Assembly: GCA_965226795.1 (NCBI GenBank)
Contig: CBDDDZ010000004.1
Coordinates: 827,392-891,391, forward strand
Source: Candidatus Latescibacterota bacterium
Lineage (GTDB): Bacteria; Latescibacterota; UBA2968; GCA-2709665
DNA length: 64,000 nucleotides
Direction of reading: 5' to 3'
How positions within the stretch are numbered: the stretch's first letter is position 1; every line of letters begins with the position of its first letter. The notes beneath the pieces were generated by a model, which saw nothing but the letters and a program-made list of their open reading frames with translations, was not told the origin of the DNA and did not search any database. Positions 10,000 through 20,330 of the stretch are shown piece after piece. A program made the position numbers and the translations under genes.

Positions 10000-12900
10000 C
10001 TAAAGCTCGTTCACGACAATTTCATTGTCCGTGCCGCCAATAACCTCGTACTTCATCGGCGCATTCAATGCTCCACTTGCGTTCAGGGTGATCTTCCCCT
10101 GCCCCGAGGTTTGCACGCGGATTCCGATCCTGGCGGCCGTGATACTCCCGGTGTGGGTAATCGTGATATCCCCGCCCTGGCTCACCACGTCGATACCTAT
10201 GCTGGGAGCTTCGGTGGCGCCCTCAGGGGCGCCGATGTCGCCGCTGTTCCAGACCACGACGTCGCCTATACGGTAGACGTTCTTACAAACGATGTCCGGG
10301 TCCACCGGATCGCCTGCCGCCGTCTCACATCCCGGTCCAGGAACATCCCCACCCATCCCAGCAATTGATATTCCCGCCGAGTACGAAGATTCCGCATTCG
10401 TCGAGTACTTGTTCGTCGCCAAGATATTCCCGGTGTTGAATACCTTGATCTCGCCGCCGCGGTAATGCTCGGCGCGAATACCGTGGGCCGCCTCGCCGTC
10501 CGTGCTGATCGTACCGGTATTTTCCACATGAACGCCATCGTGCTCCGATGTGTCCGGGGAGTCTGGAATGTCGGGGTACGAAGTGTCATCGAGATCTCTG
10601 TCGTTATCGTATCCGTAAGCATATATGCCGTGGCTCCATTTTCCCTCCGTATCGATCGTCCCCTGGTTGATCGCGAAGACCCGGCCGGACATCGAACTCC
10701 TGGCGATGATTCCATATCCGTGGCGGTGTCTCCGTGTGTCGTCCGTGCGTGTCGTCGCCCTCGTGGTGATGGAGGCGTCACTGTAGTTCCTCGCGTAGAC
10801 ATCGCCCGGCACGTTGCTGGTCCGGTCGGGGACGATCTCATCCAGGTTCCCGTGGCAACCGTTGTTCTCGAACGGCCACGGCGCGCAGTTCCCCGTGTGC
10901 AGGCCTATCGCGTACAGACCGTTGATTTCGATTGAGCCGAAGTTGAGACCCTGTGACGCTCCCCAGAGACTCTGAGCCGAGATCCCGCGCGCGCCCTCTC
11001 CTTCAATCCGGATCTGGCCTTCCGCATAGTTGACCAGTCGTGTGAGATGTCCGCTTCCAGTCTCGCACTTAAGACCGTCAACTCGCTTGTTGTAGGGACC
11101 GGTAGCAATGAGTTGGCCGCCGGGCATGTTGAACAACTCGACCTTGTGGCTGTAGTTCGAGAAGTCATGGGGCTCCGCCGCCTTGTTGAGGCCCCCGACC
11201 ACAAGACGATGGTTGGATTGAGCCGAGTCCGGCGCGGTGGTGAGGCCGTTCAGTGTGATTTCTCCGTCGTTCACGAGGAGTATGTTGGCGGGGGAGGCCT
11301 TCATCACCGCGCGGATGCCGATGCCCGCGCTATCGAGAGTTACGGAGCCTTGGTTCAGGATCCAAAGGTTCCCGGTGTTGCCTTCCGTTGTGATGTTGGC
11401 CGCGACGCTTCCTCTTGCAGTTACCTCGGCGCTGTCGCCGATCGTGATCGCGTGGTACTCGGAACCCGCGTTCTTGTTGGTGATGTTGATCCCTGCAGTA
11501 CCGGTTGCCGGCTCGAGCGTTCCGTCGTCGTATTCGACGTGGGTGCGGTTATGATCGCCGGGATCGAGCGTACTGGTGTGGTCGCCACTATAGGCGTGAG
11601 TCACCGGTTGACCGAAGCGATGGTCCTCATCCGGAGCCGCCGTGAAGACCGGAGTCGAGGAAGGAACAATCGACGCGGGGAGGATCGTGCCGTAGACCTG
11701 ATCGGACCATGGGCCCTTCCCTTCGTCGTTCTCCGCCTGCACCTGAATCCGGCAGATCCTGCCCGAGCTCAAGCCGGTGATCGTGCGAGACCGGGTGGGA
11801 CCGGTCTCGTGCCAATTGCTGAAGGCGCCGCTGGCGCCTTCCCTGTACTGCACGTAATAGTTCGTGATGTCGGGACCTTGGTTTTCTGGCGCATCCCAGC
11901 TCACGGTCAGGCTGCTCTCCGTCTCGCCGCTCACCGTGGGCGGGTCGGGCTTGCCCGGCGGTTCGACGTCATCCTTCACGAGGACGACGACCGTCTTGGT
12001 GCCCGGCATTTCGCGGGTGCCGCTGCCGCCGGTCGCCTCCACCACCACGCTGTAGTCGTTGTTGCTCCCTGCATCCGCGGGAGTCTCAAAGTCGGGATCC
12101 TCCTTAAAACGCAGCTGGTTCGTGCTCGCGATCTCGAACAGGTCCCCGTCTGCGGCGCCGGTGACAGCGTATCCGGTAATGGCATCACCGGCATCGACGT
12201 CCTGGGCCACCATTAGTCCGGCGAACCGGGTGTTCTCGGTGACCTTGAAGGTGTCTTCAATGGTGAAAACCGGCGGCTCGTTCTCGTCCGTGACATTGAC
12301 GGTAACGGTCTGCGCGGCGGTTAGTGCGCGACCGCCGGAACCGCCGGTGGCGGTGACCTCCACGACGTAGCTGTTGTTGCTTCCCGCGTCCACGGGACGC
12401 TCGAAGTCGGGGTCATCCCTGAACGTCAGCGCGCCGGTGTTGCTGATTTCGAGCCTGCTGCGGTCGCTGCCGCCGGTCAGGGTGTAGTCTGTGATGGCAT
12501 CGCCCTGGTCCAGGTCGTCGGCACTGACCCTGCCGGCGAAGGACTGGTTCTCCGTCGCCTCGAGCGTCGGCTCGCCGGTGAACACGGGCGCCTCGTTCAG
12601 ATCGGTCAGATCGATGGACACGGGGATGTTGCCCTCGCCGCCGTGGCCGTCGGTGGCTTTGACATTGACCGAATAGCGCGACAAGGCCTCAAAGTCGTAG
12701 GTCCTGCCTGATCTGGTTTTAAGCTGACCGCTACGCGTGTCTATCGAGAAGGAGTCCGCGTGCGTGCCTTCAAGGGCGTACGTCAGCGGGGTCATCTCGG
12801 GGTCCGTGGCGCCCACCGGATCGCCTATGTCCTTCACGCCCGTGGTGTTCTCCGCCACGGTGCGTGTCGCGCCGAGCCCGTCAGTGAATGTTGGCAACTG

Positions 12901-15900
12901 ATTGGGATCGGTGCTTCCCGTGCCCGATTCCGACCAGTCGCTCGTGCCTTCTGGCGAGCGCGCCAGCACCTGCACCTGGTAGCTCGTACCCGGGGTGCGG
13001 CCCGTGATGGTTGCGGTGCGCTCCGCGCTGTTGTGCGTCCAGCCGCTGAAGCCGCCGCTGTCCCCTTCCCGGTACTGCACGTCGTAGTCGTTGATGTCGG
13101 GGCCGGTGTTTGCCGGCTCGTCCCACGTGACCTCCAGGCTGGTGGACGACGCCGCCGAGACGGAGGGCGCGTCGGGGGTGCCGGGTCTTTCCTGCTGGTC
13201 CGTCAGGTTGATCCTGACCGCAATCGTGTTGCTGCCGCCCTGCCCGTCTTCGACGCGTACGATGACGTCATAGCGGGGCTTTGCCTCAAAGTCATAGGTG
13301 ACTCCCGGTTGGGTCTCAAGCTGCGCGCCGTCCAGCGCGAACGCGGCCTGGTCCGTGCCTTCCAGGTCGTAGGTGAGGGTTCCCCCGTCGATATCCCTCG
13401 CGGTTAAGGGGTTGCCGATATCATTTGTGCCCGTGGTATTCTCCACCAGAGAGCGCGCGGTGCTCGTCCCCTCGTTGAACGTCGGCGCCCGGTTGGCCAC
13501 GGTTCTGGCATCGGCGGACTCGGACCAGTCGCTCTCCCCTTCGGGAGAGCGTGCCAGCACCTGCACCCGGTAGGGCGTGTCGGCCGTCAGGGAGGTGATG
13601 GTCGTGGTCGTCCCCGGCCCCGTGTGCGGCCAGTCGGTGAAGGCGCCGCCGTCCTCGCTGAACTGCACGTCGTAGTCGTTGATAGCAGGACCGGTGTTGG
13701 CAGGGGCCGTCCAGCGTATGGACAGGCTGTTCAGCGTCTGCGCCGTGACCGTGGGCTTGTCAGGCGCCTCCGGCGCTTCGCTGTCGTCGTCGGTCACGTC
13801 TATGGTCACGGCAATGGTCGCCCGCCCGCCCTGCTCGTCCTGCGCTTCCACCGTCACGGAGTAGCGGTCCTTCGTCTCGAAGTCGTAGGTGGCGTCCGCC
13901 GATGTTCGCAGTTGACCCGTATTCTCATCGACGTCAAAACTCTCCATGTCGCCGCGGGTGAGGCTGTACGTCAGTCGTCCGCTTCCACCGCGGTGTTCTC
14001 CGGGTCGTCCGCTCGCAGCGGGACGCCCAGGTTGTGCACACCGGTCGTATTCTCGGCCACCTCGCGCGTGGTACTCCGTCCCTCGTCGAACACCGGCGAA
14101 AGGTTGGAACTGGTCGTCCCGAAGCCTGATCCAGACCACCCGCCCTCGCCTTCGTCGTTGTGTGCGCGCACCTGCACCTCGTAGCGAGTGTTGACGTCAA
14201 GGTCGATGATGGTCGCACTCGTGCCCGGTCCGTCGTGTGTATGGGGGAGGAAGTTGCCGCTCTTCCGGATTTGCACGTCGTAGTCCGTGATATCGGGACC
14301 CGTGTTGTCCGGCGCGTCCCACGTGACCGTCAGGCTGGTGGTCGACGCCGGTTGTACCAGCGGCGCGGCGGGAATCTCCGGCGGCTCGTCCACGTCGGCC
14401 ACGTGGATGGTCACGCCGATCGTGGCCGATTCGCCGTAGGGGTCGCTGCCTACCAGGTCGACGGAATACCTGTCGTTATCCTCGAAGTCGTACGTGATGC
14501 CCGACAACGTGCGCAGTTGGCCACTCCCGGTGGCCACCGAAAAGCTGGCGGAGTCCGGCCCCGAGAGTCTGTACGTCACCCGGTGTCCGTCCGGGTCCGT
14601 GGCGTTGACCGGATGCTGAATGGGACGGTGCGCGGGCGTGTTCTCCGCCAGGGTGCGCGACGTGCTGCGCCCGTCGTCGAAGGTCGGCGGCCGGTTGTTC
14701 TGTGGCGGCGGAGGCGGTGGCAATACTGTCGTTACGTCGACGGCAAAGGTCGTCTGTGCGCTTTTGCCCTGTACATCGCTGGCAGTGGCGGTGATGGTCG
14801 CGCGCCCCGCGGCCACGCCGCGCACCGTCGCCATCGTATCCGCCACGGTCACCGTGGCAACCCCCTCGTCGGACGACGTCGCGTCATACGTCAACGCCCC
14901 AAGTGCCGGCCGCGTGAACAGGCTGGCCAGGTTCACGGGAAGGTCGCGGTCGACGACCACCGTCAGGTCGCCGATCACGCCCAGGGGCCGCGGACCCACC
15001 GTGGGCGCGCCGGCAACGGTCTCCGACCAGGGGCTCGCGCCCTCCTCGTTCACCGTGCGCACGCGCACCTGATACGCCCGCTCGTTGTCCAGACCCGCAA
15101 TCGTCACGCTGGTGTCCGTGCGGCCTACCACAAGCAGCCCCTCCCGCCATTCTTGGGCTTCTGCCGGGTTGTGCCCCACCTCGTACCCGCTCACGGGAGG
15201 CTTGCCAGCCTCGTCCATCGCCGCAAACCAAGTCACGGCGAGCGCCGTGTCGCGGGAGGCCACCCGAACGCTGTCAGGCGCCGCCGAAGGGGGCTCGTCC
15301 ACGTCCGTGACGGTGATGCCCACCACAACCGTGGCGCGGCCCCCCTGCCCGTCGCTGGCGCGTACCGTCACGGAATAGGTGTCCCTGGCCTCGTGGTCGT
15401 ACGCAGTTCCCTCTCTTGTGAGAAGCTGACCCGTGCCCGGTTCAATCGCAAAGCTGTCCGAGTGCACGCCCCGCAGGCCGTAGGACAGGGAATTGCCGTC
15501 GGCGTCCGTGGCCGTGACGGGGGCCCCGATGGGCTGTCCGGATGGCGTGTTTTCTTCCATGGTACGCGTCAACGGAGGTGTGGCGTCGAAAGCGGGAGCG
15601 CGATTGGGATTTTTGCCGAAGTTGCTGGCGAAGACCAGAAAATCGTCGAAGCCGATGCCGCCGTCCTGGGTCAGATCGTACGCCGCCACGTACTTCCCGT
15701 CTCCGCGCTGCGACCCGAAGACGCCGACGAACGCCACAAAGTCGGAGAAGCCCACCACGCCGTCGCCGTCGAAGTCCGGAGAAGGCGGCGCGGCAACCTG
15801 CAGCGCCACGCCGGCCGCGGGCGAGATCGTCTCGGTCTGCCCGCCCCGCGTAAGCTCGGCGTGCTCCAGCCACACCTCCGTGTCCGAAAACGATGGCGTG

Positions 15901-16334
15901 GTGCGCAATCGCAGCGTGCCCACAAGCCCGGTGTTCACCGATGCGGAGCCGCTCGACCACGACACACCGATACGGACCGACGTGGTATCCGGCTGTGCAA
16001 CGGCCTGCGCGTTCGGCAGCGCGTCGCCCGCATCGAAGCCCTCGAAGACAAGCTGCGTCTGATCATACGTCAGGCGCAACGAAACACCACTGGCATCCTG
16101 TATGTCCGTTGCGAAGATCTGTATCGCGAAAAGCTGATTAGGAAGGAGGTCGAGCGAGGACACGGACTGGTCGCCTGCGGCATCGTCCAGGTCCAGCGTG
16201 AGAGAAAACCCACTCGGCTGCGTGGACGGCGACCACGGGAGCGCGAACACAAACAGGCAGATCAGGCCGACGACGCCGAGGGTGATAGAGCTGATCTTAA
16301 TTCGTAAACCAGAAATTGCGCCGAAAAAGCCCAC
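10000..16334 (-). CDS. Giant secreted surface protein A (cohesin-like, dockerin/EF-hand, cadherin, FN3) with a beta-helix-like C-terminal tip; split by a 14-nt insertion
   Basis: ORFs 13971-16334 and 10000-14139 are colinear with protein B. The C-terminal ~560 aa contain repeated NxGxIxTxG..AHGIxA motifs. The frameshifting insertion is at 13974-13987. Confidence 0.9.
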
Positions 16335-16739
16335 GAAATCCTCAATTGAACTGCAAAAATCCGAAATTTGTGTGTCTTTTTTGTGAGTGGGTTCGACATC
16401 GATATTTTCCGGGATAAATATACAAAATGTAATAATAAATATTTAGAAGTAAATTTACCAATGCATTTTCCGATCCAAGTGTCGGGTACCCGCCGAATAC
16501 AACAGCCCATAGGACGTGTTTATCTGTGGTTCGTCAAAGCTCCCGAAAAGGAAAAACGCCACGAACATATCGTAGCGTTACAGATTGCGTTACCGTGGAG
16601 CACAGCGAAGCCGCTCTGGACACGGCATCAAATCTTCGTTCTGGCCTTAAAGATCCAAATGTCTGTTTTAGATATTCATGTATAATCGAATATCAGTTTT
16701 GGATTTGACCGGCAAAAATGAGTCGCCTATGTGCGACCG

Positions 16740-16826
16740 CGCCGGACCGCGGACGGGATTCTGATCCTGCCCTGGCGGGATTTCCTCGACCGGCTCTGGA
16801 GCGGCGCGATTCTCCCGCCCGCGTAG
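16740..16826 (+). repeat. Second copy of the AAA/DUF4143-like 3' end
   Basis: Reads RRTADGILILPWRDFLDRLWSGAILPPA*, homologous to 34-120. Confidence 0.7.
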
Positions 16827-16847
16827 TCTCTATTCTTACGACTCCCC

Positions 16848-17119
16848 ACGTGTCCCGTCCTTTCCTCTCCGCTTTTTCTGTCCACGCCTTCCTGTTGTCC
16901 CGCCCGCTCTTGCCGCGTCCCCCTGCCCAGCCCGTTCGACCGGCCGCCGCTATCCCACGATCGCATTGATGTTCTGCACAATACGTGTCCCGTCCTTTCC
17001 TCTCCGCTTTTTCTGTCCACGCCTTCCTGTTGTCCCGCCCGCTCTTGCCGCGTCCCCCTGCCCAGCCCGTTCGAACCGGCCGCCGCTATCCCACGATCGC
17101 ATTGATGTTCTGCACAATA
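16848..17119. repeat. Tandem duplication of about 135 bp including the last ~11 codons of hisG
   Basis: ACGTGTCCCGTCC...GTTCTGCACAAT starts at both 16848 and 16983; the copies differ by one 1-nt indel. Confidence 0.95.
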
Positions 17120-17946
17120 ATGTCCGTCGCGCCAAGCGTGCGCAGGCGGATCAGAAGCCCGGCCGTTTGTGATTTGGGCACGACGGTTTCAATCGCACTC
17201 GCGCAATCCGACAAAGGGCTGAGTGTCGGCGCGCGCCGGGCGGGCAGCGCATCCAGGACTGCATTTCTCTGACAGTTGTCGACGTTTAATTTGATGAGAT
17301 GCAGATTTTCGGCCTCGAGCGCGCCGGCCATCAGGCCTCCCAGGGCGACGAATTCGGAAATTCGGCTGCGTGCAATGACAACAATGGGAGATACCATGAT
17401 TTCATCGAATATTTCGAGGCCGTTTTCGCGCAAACTGATGCCCGTTATCGTGACGCCCACGCCATAGTCGAAAAGCTTCATTGCCACCTTTATTTCGGTG
17501 CTTCCGTGTGAGAAGTCGATATCCGCATTCGAATAGCGGTCGCGGGTGATCGCCGGATATTCGGAACTGATCGTCACTGTTGCATTTTGCGACAACGGCG
17601 GGCTGTCCGGCCGTCCGAACAGGATAACGCGGGCAGAGTCGCGGGTATCCCGGCTGATGTTCAGTTCCGCGAGGCGTTGAATTCGGGTGTCGATTGGGGA
17701 TTCTTGTGCGAGTTCGGTTTCGACCACGCAGTCCAATCCGCAGATACCGCAGTCGATCTGTCCTTTCAACAGGGCCAGCGGAATATCCTGCGGGCGCATA
17801 TAGACGGCCTGGCTGAAAAGGTCGAGACCGTCTATCGCAACCTGACCGTTGCGTCCGCTGGGGCGAATGTCCAGCCCAACTCGGGAGAGCAGGTCGCACA
17901 GCGGTTGTTGCATGCTGCCGTTGGGCAGACCGAGCGTGAAGTTCAT
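17086..17946 (-). CDS. hisG: ATP phosphoribosyltransferase, long form
   Basis: Motifs LPNGSM, RPQDIP, DCGICGLD, SEYP, SHGSTE, TITGISLRENGL and the C-terminal regulatory domain PARRAPT...GATDI. Lies downstream of hisI. Confidence 0.95.
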   Translation of the reverse strand: MNFTLGLPNGSMQQPLCDLLSRVGLDIRPSGRNGQVAIDGLDLFSQAVYMRPQDIPLALLKGQIDCGICGLDCVVETELAQESPIDTRIQRLAELNISRDTRDSARVILFGRPDSPPLSQNATVTISSEYPAITRDRYSNADIDFSHGSTEIKVAMKLFDYGVGVTITGISLRENGLEIFDEIMVSPIVVIARSRISEFVALGGLMAGALEAENLHLIKLNVDNCQRNAVLDALPARRAPTLSPLSDCASAIETVVPKSQTAGLLIRLRTLGATDIIVQNINAIVG

Positions 17947-17949
17947 GTG

Positions 17950-18379
17950 TCACTCCGGGATGGTTTTGGGATCCACGAATTTGAGTTTTCCGTTGGCTAT
18001 GCTGCGGTAAAAGCAGCCGTAGCGTGTTCGATCGTTCTCCTTTGTGTGGCACGTTCCATCGCCCTTCAGGCGCACCAGATATAGCAGTGAGTTCTGCTCG
18101 CAGTTGATGCGCACGTCGATCAGTTCGAGCATATCCCCTGACGTTGCCCCCTTGATCCAGAGTTCGTCGCGCGATGTACTCCAGAATGTCGCCACTCGAT
18201 GTTCAAGTGCGTGGTCCAGCGCCTGTTCTATTGGCGTAGCCGATCAGGAGTACCGCTTTGCTGTCCACGTCCTGTACGGCAACCGGGATGACGGAGTGGC
18301 CGGTTTTTGCAACCCTGGACAGCTTCTCGAAGTCGAGCTGGATCTCGGTGCCTTCTTCAATTGTGTGATTGGAGGCCAT
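17950..18379 (-). CDS. hisI: Phosphoribosyl-AMP cyclohydrolase with an apparent 1-nt frameshift near 18229
   Basis: MASNHTIEEG...LDFEKL...IPVAVQDVDSKAVLLIGYAN, then EQAL...ATFWSTSRDELWIKGATSGD...NCEQNSLL...CHTK...CFYR. Confidence 0.9.
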
Positions 18380-18413
18380 GGCGATTTCCTTCTTGCTTAG
18401 GATTGAGAGTCGG

Positions 18414-19136
18414 TCAGGCTTTATCGATGATCGCGACGTAAACGGTTCCCGTTTCAGGAACGAATTTCGAAATCCGCCATCCGGTGTCTTTGAGAATGAA
18501 TGCCATCTCTTTTCGAGACACCATCAGGTAATCGAACCAGGCGCCGATATGTCGTTCGTACCGAATCCGGATTCTGAGCTGGCACGAGAACTTACCACGC
18601 CTCCGGTTCGATTCGTGATAACCCAGATGCGCTCTACTCGTATTGGTATATGGGTCCCGGGACTCGGCGATAATCCTCCCGCTGGAAGACGTCATATTGC
18701 GCATTTTCCGCAACAGCCGCCTGGCGCGTTTCAAATTGCCGAAAAGACCGAAATTGGCGCCCATCATGAGCAGGGTGTCGAACTGACCGAGCCGGGAGGA
18801 AATCTGCGTGATATTCAGAACGCTGGCATTCGTGAGGCCGCGTTCCCGGGCCACTCTGATCGCCAGGGGCGAGGCGTCGATGCCCAGGACGTCAAACCCC
18901 TTCTGTTGAAGGTGGACGGCATGTCTTCCCGGACCGCAACCGATATCGAGTACGCGTCCTGAAACATAGTTCATCGACTCCTGATGAAGTGGCGGCCAGT
19001 CACAAAAGGACTTGAAATAATGGCTCGAATTGCCGGCCGATATGTGCCCATCTTCGCGTTCCACGATTTCCCGGGCGGCCACGCCTCGATGAAAGTCCCA
19101 CATCATGCGTCCATATGCATCGTCATTATGTGCCAT
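18414..19136 (-). CDS. Class I SAM-dependent methyltransferase
   Basis: VLDIGCGPGRH, GIDASPLAI and FDTLLMMG motifs. Confidence 0.9.
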   Translation of the reverse strand: MAHNDDAYGRMMWDFHRGVAAREIVEREDGHISAGNSSHYFKSFCDWPPLHQESMNYVSGRVLDIGCGPGRHAVHLQQKGFDVLGIDASPLAIRVARERGLTNASVLNITQISSRLGQFDTLLMMGANFGLFGNLKRARRLLRKMRNMTSSSGRIIAESRDPYTNTSRAHLGYHESNRRRGKFSCQLRIRIRYERHIGAWFDYLMVSRKEMAFILKDTGWRISKFVPETGTVYVAIIDKA

Positions 19137-19215
19137 ATCTCATTTCCCTGTCCAGGATAAGCCAAACCCGAGAGATTACCGTTATCGGCGAAACCGTACC
19201 ACGCCGCCACCCATC

Positions 19216-19249
19216 AAAAAAGCCCGCTGTCTCTCGACAGCGGGCTTTT
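19216..19249 (-). terminator. Attenuator terminator hairpin upstream of the his operon
   Basis: The minus strand reads AAAAGCCCGCTGTC-GAGA-GACAGCGGGCTTTTTT. Confidence 0.9.
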
Positions 19250-19273
19250 GTTTTCTACACTTGAAATTAAGGA

Positions 19274-19417
19274 CTATGCCACCGCCGAGCAAATTACGCG
19301 AAGGGTCGCGGAACCGATATGATGGGTATGGCGATGGGCTGTATGGGCGTACGGGATCCCCGTTGGAATGTCGTTGGATCTTTGGGAAATGGCCGCAATG
19401 TTATTCAGTGGTTTCAT
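19274..19417 (-). CDS. hisL: Histidine-rich leader peptide (47 aa)
   Basis: MKPLNN...PYAHTAHRHTHHIGSATLRVICSAVA* has 5 His in 9 codons and ends about 25 nt before the terminator. An antiterminator pairing is visible. Confidence 0.85.
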   Translation of the reverse strand: MKPLNNIAAISQRSNDIPTGIPYAHTAHRHTHHIGSATLRVICSAVA

Positions 19418-19832
19418 AACGCCACTAAAATAGAAAAGCCGCGTTCGCCCGTCAAGAAATTTCTTCCAATGTGCACCGTCGGGGCCACGTCCTTTTGCGT
19501 TGTCTCCTGGGGTTTGATTGCATATTATACGGCGATTTCGATTGTCGATGTCAACGCCGATTTTTAGCGGCGGGGACAAGATGCCCTCGATCCGGAAACC
19601 TCTCCCCCCGGCCCCCTCGGACAGAGCGATCAGCTTTCAGCCGTAAGCTGTCAGCTAAAAACGAAAGGCAAAAGGCATATCGCCGTACGGACTGGCGATG
19701 GCAATCCACGACGGGCGCGGGAACCTCTCCCCCCGTCCCCCTCTCCTAAAGGAAAGGGGGAGGATCTCTCGCCATGTCCGGCGACGCGACACAGAAGGCT
19801 CACACGGAGACACAAAGGGAAACAATCGAAAA

Positions 19833-19860
19833 ACGGGCAACCACAAGGGTTGCCCCTACG
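19833..19860. repeat. GTAG-type REP palindrome
   Basis: The reverse complement reads CGTAGGGGCAACCCTTGTGGTTGCCCGT. Confidence 0.7.
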
Positions 19861-19875
19861 AATACAATATGGACG

Positions 19876-20293
19876 CGGTGGGACGTGGATTGTTCGCGGC
19901 ATGAAGCGCACCGCTCACCATCAGCCTCGAACGCCAAAACCAGGCGTCCCCTGTTGTCCCGAAGAATCGCCGGTACAACAGGTCATCCGCTACGCGGGTG
20001 GAGGCAGATACCGCGCTTGAAGGTACAACATCACTATTGAACAGTACATCGAGCAGTCCTATCGAGCGAACGGTGGTGGAGCTGGGGGTTTTTCCGTGCT
20101 ATTCCGTCCGGCAAGATAGTTCGGGATGGGCTAGTCCGGTGAAAGGGCAACCCATTCCCATTTGGGCTCTCGAGGTGGTTCACGGAAAAACCGGCCCCGC
20201 GCCGAGCGGCGCCCTTCTTTTTCGCCCTTTTTCTTGGGCGAAGCAAGAAAAAGGGCAAGGGAATAGGGGACGTTTGGGGATGGAGGAAATTCC
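19876..20293 (+). repeat. Non-coding structured repeat element, left copy (MITE-like)
   Basis: Homologous in inverted orientation to 39535-39973, e.g. CCGCTCACCATCAGCCTCGAACGCC, CACGGAAAAACCGGCCC and AAAAGGGCAAGGGAATAGGGGACGTT. Confidence 0.85.
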
Positions 20294-20330
20294 ATGTCCC
20301 TGTAATCAGACGTTTTGTTGATCGAAAGGA

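Noticed and set aside
3385-16307. Long plus-strand ORFs (3385-4914, 5758-7527, 11047-12216, 14160-16307)
   Set aside because: They are antisense shadows of the GC-rich giant genes, Arg/Gly/Val-rich with no recognisable motifs.
244-16334. Diversity-generating retroelement acting on the adhesins
   Set aside because: No reverse transcriptase is present, and differences between repeats are not adenine-specific.
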